Of a stretch of 64,000 nt of DNA, positions 33,618 through 42,651 are shown in pieces. Source of the stretch: an uncultured Gemmatimonadales bacterium (GTDB lineage: Bacteria; Gemmatimonadota; Gemmatimonadetes; Longimicrobiales; RSA9); the NCBI GenBank assembly GCA_963783305.1, contig CAWAMW010000007.1:78220-142219 (forward strand). Direction: 5' to 3'. Under the pieces are notes generated by a model that was not told the origin of the DNA, made no database searches, and worked only from the letters and a program-made list of their open reading frames with translations. The first letter of the stretch is position 1, and each line of letters begins with the position of its first letter. Made by a program: the position numbers and the translations under genes.

Positions 33618-34781
33618 ATGGCTCTTTCCAAGCGCGGGGTCGGCGTGGTGGTGGTGATCTTCGCGATCGCCGCACTGGGCGCCGGCGAGTACCTGCGGAT
33701 CTCGAGCCATGGGGTGTCGGAGGTGGGAGGCTCCGGGGAGGACGGCGCTCCGGTGACGGCCGCGGCCTCGACCTTCTCCACGGACGTGGCGATCGCCGTG
33801 GAGGGAGCCCCGGTCCAGCGGGGGACGCTGGTCCTGTGGGTCACGGCGTCGGGGCAGGCGGAGGCGTGGCGGCGGGCGGTGGTCACGGCGGAGGTGGCCG
33901 GTCGGGTGGATCGGGTGTCCGTGCGGGAGTCGGATCGCGTGGGCGGCGGGTCCGTCCTGGTGGCGCTGGCCGTGGTGGACAAGCAGTTGGCGCTGGACGA
34001 GGCGCGGGCGGCGCTGCGGGAGGCGGAGGGTCAGTACCGCGAGCAGCTTCTCTTCGATGGCGATCTGGCCGCGGATGTCCGCCGGGAGCGAGAGGCGGCG
34101 GCGCGTCTCAAGAGCGGGCTGGACCGGGCGGAGATCCAGCTGAGGCGGGCGGAGCTCGACCTGGAGCGGACGCGGATCCGGGCGCCGTTCGCAGGCCGCG
34201 TGGCCTCCATCGAGGTTCTGCCCGGGCAGCTGGTGGGGCAGGGGGCCGAGCTCATGACGGTGGTGGACCTGGACCCCATCAAGGTTCAGGTCCAGGTGCT
34301 GGAGGGCGAGCTTCCGCACCTCGAGCCGGGAGGCGCCGCCGAGATCCGGTTCTCAGCGTTCCCGGAGGAAGCGTTCGCCGCGACGATCGAGACGATCAAC
34401 CCGCTGGTGGACGAACAGACCCGCACGGCCAGGGTCACCGCGCTGGTCCCGAACCCGGGCGGCCGCATCCTGCCGGGCATGTACGTGCGGGTGAAGCTCG
34501 AAGCGCAGCGTCTGACGGAGCGGGTGCTGGTGCCGCGCGAGGCGATTCTGGAGCGCGACCGTCGCACCATGCTCTTCGTCCACGAGGACGGCCGCGCCAA
34601 GTGGCGCTATGTCACCACGGGGCTGGAGAACGAGGAGTACGTGGAGATCGTGGAGAGCCCCGAGACCGATATGCTGTCGCCCGGTGAGACCGTGCTCACG
34701 GGCGGTCACTTCACGCTCACGCACGACGCGCGGGTGCGCCTGGTCGAAGACCGCCGGGTCGAGGGCGGTAGGCCGCAGTGA
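33618..34781 (+). CDS. Efflux RND transporter periplasmic adaptor subunit
   Basis: N-terminal TM/signal. Lipoyl and coiled-coil hairpin motifs (RIRAPFAGRVASIEVLPGQLV). Beta-barrel and membrane-proximal domains. Confidence 0.85.
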   Translation: MALSKRGVGVVVVIFAIAALGAGEYLRISSHGVSEVGGSGEDGAPVTAAASTFSTDVAIAVEGAPVQRGTLVLWVTASGQAEAWRRAVVTAEVAGRVDRVSVRESDRVGGGSVLVALAVVDKQLALDEARAALREAEGQYREQLLFDGDLAADVRREREAAARLKSGLDRAEIQLRRAELDLERTRIRAPFAGRVASIEVLPGQLVGQGAELMTVVDLDPIKVQVQVLEGELPHLEPGGAAEIRFSAFPEEAFAATIETINPLVDEQTRTARVTALVPNPGGRILPGMYVRVKLEAQRLTERVLVPREAILERDRRTMLFVHEDGRAKWRYVTTGLENEEYVEIVESPETDMLSPGETVLTGGHFTLTHDARVRLVEDRRVEGGRPQ

Positions 34782-36184
34782 GGCTGCCGCGTGGGGCGCC
34801 GACCCTCGCCGCACTCGCGCTCTCGCTCGGGCTGCTGCCGATGGGGCTCCTGTCGCTCACTACGGTCGTCCTCGGAGCGCAGGAGGCCAGTGCCGCCGAG
34901 GCGTTGACGTTCGAGCAGGCCGTGGCGGTGGCGCTGGAGCGCAACCCGGCGTATCTGCGGCAGGTGAACGCGGTGGAGGCGGCGGAGCACGGGGAGCGGC
35001 AGAGCGCGGGCGCGCTTCTGCCGAGCGTGTCGGCGAGCGTCGGGTACCGCGGTTACACATCGCGCAACAAGACGGCGTTCGATGAGCTGGGCCGGCCGCT
35101 GGAGGAGCCGGATTTCGTGGAGACCACCACCAGCTCGGCGGGGCAGAGCGTGGGGGGTGGTGTGGACCTGCTGAACCTCCAGAACGTGAGGAGTTGGGGC
35201 GCCGCGCGGGCCCAGACGGAGGCGGTGGAGGCACGGGTGGGGCTGGAGGCGGCGCAGCTCCGCACGCAGGTGGGGCGCGCGTACTACGACGTGGTGCAGC
35301 GGGAGCAGCTGGTGGAGGTGGAGGAGCGGACGCTGCGAACCGCGCGGGAGCAGCTGGCGGCGATCCGGGAGCTGCTGCGCATCGCCGCGAAGCAGCCCAC
35401 CGACGTGCTGGGCGCCGAGCTGGACGTGGCGCGGGCCGAGCAGGCGCTCCAGCAGGCCCGGGGCGCCGCGCAGAAGGCGCACCTGGCGCTGCGTCAGCGG
35501 ATGGGCGTCGGGATGGAGCGGCCGTTCGACGTGGTGCGGGCGTTCGTGCCGGTGTTCGACCCGGCCGTGCTGGACGGCGCGGGGCTGAGCCGCATGGCGC
35601 TGGGCGAGAGCGCGCGGATGGCGGAGCAGCGGGCCACGGTGGCGGCGGCGGAGCAGTCGCTGTCGGCGGCGCGCGCGGCGCGGTACCCGACGCTGAGCGG
35701 CACGTACGGCTACAGCCGGGGCACGAGCGCCCGGGACTATGACGCCTTCGGGCAGCTGGACCTGCCGAACTCGAACTGGCAGTTCGGCCTCAGTGTGGAA
35801 CTCCCGCTGTTCGATCGGTTCCAGACGTCGGCGGCCATCGGCCGGGCCGCGGTCGAAGCGGAGAACGCTCACGAGACGGAGCGCGAGGCGGCGCTGACGC
35901 TGGAGCAGGAGGTGCGCGCGGCGCTCATCGACCTGGAGAACGCCTACGCCGGCGTGCGGCTGGCGGAGCGGTCGGCGGAGATCGCGAGGGAGCGGCTGCG
36001 GCAGGGACAGCAGCAGTACCGGCTCGGACGGCTGCAGGACTACACGGCGCTCCAACAGATGATCGACGCCGTGGCCCAGCAGGAGCGCACCGTTTCGGGC
36101 GCCTACTACAACTTCTCCGTAGCGCTGCTCACCCTCGAGGAAAAGGTGGGTGGGCCGGTGGCGGTGCCGGCGGTGGACGGATGA
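34778..36184 (+). CDS. TolC-family outer membrane factor of the RND system
   Basis: Signal peptide. Two TolC repeats. 4-bp overlap with the adaptor stop and with the downstream RND start. Confidence 0.8.
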   Translation: MRLPRGAPTLAALALSLGLLPMGLLSLTTVVLGAQEASAAEALTFEQAVAVALERNPAYLRQVNAVEAAEHGERQSAGALLPSVSASVGYRGYTSRNKTAFDELGRPLEEPDFVETTTSSAGQSVGGGVDLLNLQNVRSWGAARAQTEAVEARVGLEAAQLRTQVGRAYYDVVQREQLVEVEERTLRTAREQLAAIRELLRIAAKQPTDVLGAELDVARAEQALQQARGAAQKAHLALRQRMGVGMERPFDVVRAFVPVFDPAVLDGAGLSRMALGESARMAEQRATVAAAEQSLSAARAARYPTLSGTYGYSRGTSARDYDAFGQLDLPNSNWQFGLSVELPLFDRFQTSAAIGRAAVEAENAHETEREAALTLEQEVRAALIDLENAYAGVRLAERSAEIARERLRQGQQQYRLGRLQDYTALQQMIDAVAQQERTVSGAYYNFSVALLTLEEKVGGPVAVPAVDG

Positions 36185-39100
36185 GCCTGCCGCGGCGCTC
36201 CATAGGGCGGCCGGTGGCCGTCGCCATGGTCTTCCTGGCCGTGGCGTTCCTCGGGATGATCTCCTTCTCCCGTCTGCCCATCGACCTGCTCCCGGACGTC
36301 TCCTACCCGCGTCTGGTGATCTATACGCAGTACACCGGCGTGGGCCCGGCGGAGGTGGAGCGTTTCGTCACCGCCCGCGTCGAGGAGCAGGTGGCGCGGG
36401 TCCCTGGCGTTCAGGAGGTGGAGAGTGTGAGCCGCGAGGGCGTCTCTCTGGTCACCGTCCGCTTCGTCTGGGGCACCAACATGGAGTTCGCCGTGCTGAA
36501 CGTGCGCGAGCGGCTCCAGACGCTGGACAACGTGCTCCCGGAGCAGTCCGACCGCCCGGTAGTCCTGCGCACCGACCCCCGGAGCGAACCCGTGATGGCC
36601 ATCTCCGTGGCGGGTCAGAGTGACCTCCGAGGGCTGAAGGAGCTGGCGGAGTCGGTGTTCCGGCGGAGGCTGGAGCAGATCGATGGCGTCGCGCAGGTGG
36701 CGGTGACGGGCGGGCTGGAGCGGGAAATCCAGGTGGAGGTGGATCCGCGACGGCTGGAGTCGTTCGGCCTCACCATCGGGCAGATCGCCACCGCGCTGGA
36801 GGCGGCAAACTACAGCCTGCCCGGTGGCACGGTGCGGCGCGGCCGGTTCAGCTATCACCTCCGCACGCTGGGGGAGTTCGAGACGGTCCAGCAGATCGGC
36901 GACGTGGTGGTGGCTCGCCGGGGGGTTGCGGGCGGCGGATCCTCGGGCCCCGGCGGCGCCGGGGACACCAGCGGCAGCCCGGCGAGCGGCTCGGCGCTGG
37001 TCCTGCTGCGGGATGTAGCGACGGTGCGCGACGGGTTCGAGGACCGGGAAACAGTAGCGCGCTACAACCGGCAGGAGGCCGTGGGGCTGCTGCTGTTCAA
37101 GGAGTCGGACGCCAACACGGTTCGGGTGGCCGACGAGGTGGCGGGTGTGCTGGAGGAGCTTCGGGGCGAGTACGAGGAGCTCCACGTGGACGTGGCCATG
37201 AGCCAGGCGGGGTTCATCGCCGACGCCATCTCCAACGTGATTCAGGCGCTGGTGGTGGGGGGAATCCTCGCGTTCCTGGTGCTGTTCCTCTTCCTGCGGG
37301 ACGCGCGCTATCCCGTGGCCATCGCGCTGGCGATCCCCATCTCCGTTGTGGGGACGTTCAGCCTGCTCGACCTGGCGGGCGTGTCGCTGAACATCATGAG
37401 CCTGGGCGGGCTGGCGCTGGGGGTCGGGATGCTGGTGGACAACAGCATCGTGGTGCTCGAGAACATCTTCCGCCACCGGCAGCTGCAGGCGGCCGGGGTC
37501 GAGGCGGGGTCGCTGGACGCGGCGGCGGTGGGCGCGGAGGAGGTGCAGGGGGCGATCACGGCCTCGACGCTCACCACCGTCAGTGTGTTCGGCCCCATCA
37601 TCTACGTGGAGGGGGTGGCGGGGGAGCTATTCGGCGCGCTCTCCTTCGCGGTGGCGTTCTCGCTTCTGGCGAGCCTGCTGGTGGCGTTGACGCTGCTCCC
37701 CGCCATGGCGGCGCGGTGGGAGCGGGTGCCCTACGGACACGTGCCGTGGACGGCGCGCATCTTCCACACCGCGCGGCGCCGGGTGGGCAGCGGGTTCGCG
37801 CGGGTCTTCGGCCCCCCGCTGCGCGCGTTCGACCGGGCGTTCGACCGATTTGCCGCATGGTACCACGGAGTGCTGGCCGCCGCGCTCGTTCACCGCCGCC
37901 GGGTGGCGGTGGTGGCGGTCGTGCTCGTGGCGGGGACGCTCGGTCTGGGCGCCACGCTCGAGCGGAGCGTGCTCCCGGACGTGGATCAGGGATCGTTCCG
38001 CGTACGCGTGGAGCTGCCGAAGGGGACACCGCTGGACCGTACGGCGGACGTGACCGATCGGCTGGAGCAACTCTTCCTGGAGCAGCCCGGCGTGGACGCC
38101 GTGTTCAGCCAGATCGGCCGCCAGGTGGCGGTGGCGGGAATGGACGAGGACGAGACGGGCCAGCACACTGCCACGCTGGAGATCCGACTGGAAGACCGCG
38201 TGGCCACGCGGGACGTGATCGAGGCGGTCCGGCCGAGGCTCCGCTCATTCCCGCCGGGCGCCGTGTCCGTGGAGAGGGGACAGGCCACCGCTCTCGGCAG
38301 GATGATGGGCGGGAGCGACGCCGACATCGCCGTCCGGATCCGGGGCGATGATCTGGACGCCGCCCTCTCGTACGGTCAGACGCTCCAATCGGTGCTGGGG
38401 GAGGTGCCGAGCCTCGCGAACGTGCGGCTGGGGGTCGAGCTCGGCCAGCCGGAGGTGCAGGTGGAGATCGATCGGGAGCGCGCCGCCGCGTACGGGATCG
38501 ACCCGCGCCGGATCGCGGAGACGGTGGAGCGCTACATGCTCGGCGCGGAAGCCACGCAGTTCGTGGAGTTCGACCGCAAGATCCCGGTGATGGTGCGGCT
38601 CCCGCAGGCCGACCGCCGATCGCTGACCACGCTCCGCGAGCTGCGCGTGGACGGCGTGCCGCTCCGGGAGCTGGTCCGGACCCGGGAGGCGCTGGGTCCG
38701 AGCGAGATCCAGCGGCGCGAGCAGAGCCGGGTGGTGCCCGTGCTCGCCGACGTCGCGGGCGGTGGCCTGGCCGCCGCGGTGGCGGATGTCCGGACGGCGC
38801 TGGTCGGTCACCCGACCCCGCGCGGGCTCCGGGTGGAGATCGGCGGGGAGAACGAGGAGATGCGCAGGAGCTTCCGGGACCTGGGCTTCGCCTTCGCGCT
38901 GGCGCTTCTCCTGGTCTACATGATCCTCGCCGCGCAGTTCGAGTCGTTCGTCCACCCGTTCACCATCCTGCTGAGCGTACCGCTGGCGCTGGTGGGGGCG
39001 ATCAGCGCGCTGTGGCTGGTGGGCGGCGGGCTCAACACCATGAGCCTGATCGGGATGGTGATCCTCGTGGGGATCGTGGTGAACGACGCCATCGTGAAGG

Positions 39101-39396
39101 TGGACTTCATCACGCAGGCGCGGGCCCGGGGCGCGTCGGTACAGGACGCGATCATGGAGGCCGGCTCCGCGCGGCTCCGGCCCATCATCATGACCACCGT
39201 CACCACCGTGCTGGGACTCACCCCCATGGCGCTCGGGATCGGCCGTGGCGCGGACCTGCGGGCGCCGCTGGCCGTGGCGGTCATCGGTGGACTCCTCACG
39301 GCCACGGCTCTGACCCTCATCGTGGTCCCCGTGGCGTACGACGTGGTGGAGTCGGCGCGTGCGCGTGTCCTCTCTCTGACGGGCGACGACGAGTGA
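36181..39396 (+). CDS. Efflux RND transporter permease subunit (AcrB/MdtB/CzcA superfamily)
   Basis: 1071 aa, 12 TM, two large periplasmic loops. Conserved TM4 region (...GMLVDNSIVVLENIFRH...). Confidence 0.9.
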   Translation: MSLPRRSIGRPVAVAMVFLAVAFLGMISFSRLPIDLLPDVSYPRLVIYTQYTGVGPAEVERFVTARVEEQVARVPGVQEVESVSREGVSLVTVRFVWGTNMEFAVLNVRERLQTLDNVLPEQSDRPVVLRTDPRSEPVMAISVAGQSDLRGLKELAESVFRRRLEQIDGVAQVAVTGGLEREIQVEVDPRRLESFGLTIGQIATALEAANYSLPGGTVRRGRFSYHLRTLGEFETVQQIGDVVVARRGVAGGGSSGPGGAGDTSGSPASGSALVLLRDVATVRDGFEDRETVARYNRQEAVGLLLFKESDANTVRVADEVAGVLEELRGEYEELHVDVAMSQAGFIADAISNVIQALVVGGILAFLVLFLFLRDARYPVAIALAIPISVVGTFSLLDLAGVSLNIMSLGGLALGVGMLVDNSIVVLENIFRHRQLQAAGVEAGSLDAAAVGAEEVQGAITASTLTTVSVFGPIIYVEGVAGELFGALSFAVAFSLLASLLVALTLLPAMAARWERVPYGHVPWTARIFHTARRRVGSGFARVFGPPLRAFDRAFDRFAAWYHGVLAAALVHRRRVAVVAVVLVAGTLGLGATLERSVLPDVDQGSFRVRVELPKGTPLDRTADVTDRLEQLFLEQPGVDAVFSQIGRQVAVAGMDEDETGQHTATLEIRLEDRVATRDVIEAVRPRLRSFPPGAVSVERGQATALGRMMGGSDADIAVRIRGDDLDAALSYGQTLQSVLGEVPSLANVRLGVELGQPEVQVEIDRERAAAYGIDPRRIAETVERYMLGAEATQFVEFDRKIPVMVRLPQADRRSLTTLRELRVDGVPLRELVRTREALGPSEIQRREQSRVVPVLADVAGGGLAAAVADVRTALVGHPTPRGLRVEIGGENEEMRRSFRDLGFAFALALLLVYMILAAQFESFVHPFTILLSVPLALVGAISALWLVGGGLNTMSLIGMVILVGIVVNDAIVKVDFITQARARGASVQDAIMEAGSARLRPIIMTTVTTVLGLTPMALGIGRGADLRAPLAVAVIGGLLTATALTLIVVPVAYDVVESARARVLSLTGDDE

Positions 39397-42300
39397 TCCG
39401 ACTCGCGATCCGGCGCCCCGTTGCCGTGACGATGGCGTACCTGGCCATCGCCGTGATGGGCTACGCGGCCTGGCGCAACATCCCGCTGGAGCTGCTGCCC
39501 GAGACGAGTCTGCCGCAGTTGATCGTGCAGGCGCAGTGGCCGGGGTCCTCGCCCGAGGCCATGGAAGCGTTCGTCACTTCACCGCTGGAAGGTGTGATCC
39601 AGCAGATCGCCGGCGTGGAGAAGGTCACCTCCACGTCGCAGGCCGGGTCGGCTTCGATTCAGGTCGAGTTCGGCCGGTCCACCGATATGAATTTCGCGCG
39701 CCTCGAGCTGTCCGAGCGTCTGACCGGCCTGCAGGACGACCTGCCGGCGCGCGTGACGCCCACGATCATCCCGTACGTCCCCCGCGAGTTCCGGGAGCAG
39801 CAGCGCGCGTTCCTCGAGTACACCGTCACGGGGCCCTACACGCCGGAGGCGCTGCGCGCGCACGTCCAGGACGTGTTGAAGCCGGAGATCACGCAGGTGA
39901 GCGGCGTCAACGACGTGGAAGTCCACGGCGGGCGGGACCGGCTGCTGGAGATCGAGGTCGACCCCCGCCGCGCGGACGCCCTCGCACTCCCACCGCAGCA
40001 GATCCGCCAGCGGATCCTGGAGCTCGAGTACGTCAAGGAGGCGGGCTTCGTGGACGTTGGCGGGGCGCTCCGGACCGTGGCGGTGCGGCACCGGGCGGAG
40101 TCGGTGCAGGACATTCTGGACCTGCCCGTGCTCACGGACCGTGGCCGGATCGTCCGTCTCCGCGACGTGGCCGTGGTCCATGACACCTACGAGGATGCGC
40201 GGCAGCTGTACCGCATCGACGGGTTCCCTGCCGTGAGCTTCACCGTGCACAAGGAGCTGGGTACCAACGTGGTGGCCGTGGCCGACGCGGTGAAGGCCCG
40301 GCTCGAGGAGGTCTCGGCGCTCCACCCGCCGGGCACCCGCCTCATCCTGGACGAGGACGAGAGCGAGGCCGTGAAGACCCAGCTCTCCGACCTGCGCACC
40401 CGCGCCGGCGTGGCGGCCGTGGCGATCTTCGCCGTGCTCCTCCTGTTCCTGGGCTCGCTCCGCTCCGCCGTGGTGGTGTTCGCCACCATCGCGTTCAGCG
40501 TGCTCATCACGGTCAACCTCATCTACTTCGGCGGCATGACGCTGAACGTGCTCACGCTCATGGGCATCGCCATGGGCTTCGGGCTCATCGTCGACAACGC
40601 CATCGTGGTGCTGGAGAACATCTACCGTCGGCGGAAGCTCGGGGACTCCCCGGAAGACGCCGCGGAGCGCGGCGCACGCGAAGTGGTCCTCCCGATCCTG
40701 GCCGCCACCCTCACCACCCTCGTCGTGCTCATCCCGTTCGTGTACCTCCAGGGCGAGCTCCAGGTCTACTACGTCCCGCTGGCCATCGTGGTGGGCTTCA
40801 GCCTGCTGGCCAGCCTCTTCGTGGCCTTCAGCTTCATACCGGGGCTGGCCAGCCGACTCCTCGGCAGCGTCCCTCCCGACCCACGCGGAGGCGCCATCCC
40901 CGAACTCGCCCGCCGCTACGCCGAAGAGCTGACCGCCCTCCGCGCCGCAGCCGCCCCCCGCGCCGCAGCCGCCCCCTGGTACGTCCGCCTCTACGCCACC
41001 ATGGTCGGCTTCACGCTGCTGCACCCCGTGGCCACGCTGGTAGTCGCGCTGGCCATGCTCGGCGGCTCCTACCACGTGTTCGACAGGTACGTGACGCGTG
41101 GGATCCTGTGGGGGAACTGGTGGGGGCAGGACAACCACATCGAAATCCAGGTCCGGATGCCACGGGGGGAGGAGCTGGAGCGGGTGGATGCGCTGACGCT
41201 CTACTTCGAGGACCGGCTCGAGCGGATCCCCGAGGTGGAGCGCTTCGTGACCCACGTCTACCCGTCGTTCAGCAGGATCCAGGTGACGTTCCCGGACTCG
41301 CTGGAAGCGACCCAGATACCGGCGGCGATCAAGGAGCAGATGCTGGCGTACAGCCACCAGTTCGGCGGCATGGACGTGCGGGTGTACGGGTACGGCCCGA
41401 GCTTCTACGGGGGTGGCAGCAGCCCGCCGAATTACACGATCCAGGTGTTCGGCTACAACTACGAGAAGGTGCGGGAGATCGCGGCGGACCTGGGCGATCG
41501 ACTGACGCGGTTCAGCCGGATCCGCGAGGTGGACACGAACTCGGGCGGGCGCTTCACCCGGGACAAGGAGACGGAGCTGGTGCTGTCGCTGGACAGGGAG
41601 CGTCTGGCGCTGCACGGGCTGAGCGCGCGGGACGTGGTGTGGCAGGTGACGGCGGCGACGCAGAGCGGGGCGCAGAACCAGGAAGTGCGCCTCGCGGGAG
41701 AGGAGCTGCAGTTCGCGGTGAAGCTGGCCGGGAACCGGCAGCTGGACCTTCTCGGGCTCCAGGACCTGATGCTGCCGTCACCCGCCGGGTCGGCGGTCCG
41801 GCTCGGGGACGTGGCGCGCCTGGATGAGCGCGCGGTGCTCGCCCGGATCGAGCGGGAGGACCAGAAGTACAGGCGCTTCGTCGCGTACGAGTTCCTGGGG
41901 CCCACCAGGCTGGGCGACCGCGTGCGGGAAGCGGTGATCGAGAACACCTTCCTCCCACCGGGCTACAGCATCGAGACGGGCAACGACTGGCGGTGGGACG
42001 AGGACGAGAAGCGGCAGATCTACGGCGTCCTGATCCTCTCCGTGGTGCTGGTATTCATGGTCACGGCGGCGCTGTTCGAGAGCCTGCGGCAGCCGCTCAC
42101 CGTGCTCATGGCCGTGCCCATGGCGCTGATCGGCGTGTTCCTCATCTTCTTCTACACCGACGCGGGGTTCACCCGGGAGGCGTACGTAGGCGTGATCATG
42201 ATGGGAGGGATCGTCGTGAACAACGCCATCCTCCTGGTGGACCACATCAATCACCTGCGGCGTGTGGAGGGAATGGCGCTGGAGCCGGCCACGCTGCGGG

Positions 42301-42545
42301 GCACGCTCGAGCGCGTTCGCCCCATCCTCATGACGAGCACGACAACGATCGCGGGGCTGCTCCCGCTCGTCCTCTTCAGCGAGACGGCCAATGAGAGCAT
42401 CTGGAACGCTCTGGCGTACTCACTGATCGGCGGCCTGACGAGCTCGACCGTGCTGGTGCTGACCGTGACCCCCGCGCTCTACCTGCTTCTCGAGCGGCCG
42501 GCAGCCAGAGCGCGTACAACCATTCTGGCAGGTCAGGCGTCGTAA
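39393..42545 (+). CDS. Efflux RND transporter permease subunit (second tandem paralog, MdtC-like arrangement)
   Basis: GTG start overlapping the upstream stop (GTGA). About 1050 aa with the same RND architecture (GLIVDNAIVVLENIYRR). The ORF-track extension to 39012 was rejected. Confidence 0.9.
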   Translation: MIRLAIRRPVAVTMAYLAIAVMGYAAWRNIPLELLPETSLPQLIVQAQWPGSSPEAMEAFVTSPLEGVIQQIAGVEKVTSTSQAGSASIQVEFGRSTDMNFARLELSERLTGLQDDLPARVTPTIIPYVPREFREQQRAFLEYTVTGPYTPEALRAHVQDVLKPEITQVSGVNDVEVHGGRDRLLEIEVDPRRADALALPPQQIRQRILELEYVKEAGFVDVGGALRTVAVRHRAESVQDILDLPVLTDRGRIVRLRDVAVVHDTYEDARQLYRIDGFPAVSFTVHKELGTNVVAVADAVKARLEEVSALHPPGTRLILDEDESEAVKTQLSDLRTRAGVAAVAIFAVLLLFLGSLRSAVVVFATIAFSVLITVNLIYFGGMTLNVLTLMGIAMGFGLIVDNAIVVLENIYRRRKLGDSPEDAAERGAREVVLPILAATLTTLVVLIPFVYLQGELQVYYVPLAIVVGFSLLASLFVAFSFIPGLASRLLGSVPPDPRGGAIPELARRYAEELTALRAAAAPRAAAAPWYVRLYATMVGFTLLHPVATLVVALAMLGGSYHVFDRYVTRGILWGNWWGQDNHIEIQVRMPRGEELERVDALTLYFEDRLERIPEVERFVTHVYPSFSRIQVTFPDSLEATQIPAAIKEQMLAYSHQFGGMDVRVYGYGPSFYGGGSSPPNYTIQVFGYNYEKVREIAADLGDRLTRFSRIREVDTNSGGRFTRDKETELVLSLDRERLALHGLSARDVVWQVTAATQSGAQNQEVRLAGEELQFAVKLAGNRQLDLLGLQDLMLPSPAGSAVRLGDVARLDERAVLARIEREDQKYRRFVAYEFLGPTRLGDRVREAVIENTFLPPGYSIETGNDWRWDEDEKRQIYGVLILSVVLVFMVTAALFESLRQPLTVLMAVPMALIGVFLIFFYTDAGFTREAYVGVIMMGGIVVNNAILLVDHINHLRRVEGMALEPATLRGTLERVRPILMTSTTTIAGLLPLVLFSETANESIWNALAYSLIGGLTSSTVLVLTVTPALYLLLERPAARARTTILAGQAS

Positions 42546-42651
42546 AGGATAGTGTAGCTCGGACCGCCGCGGCATTTTACCCCCCGCCCGGCGGCCGGTG
42601 GTCTTCCCGCCGCGCGGCGGGCCCTGTTCAAACTCCAGAGGTGAAGAGCCC

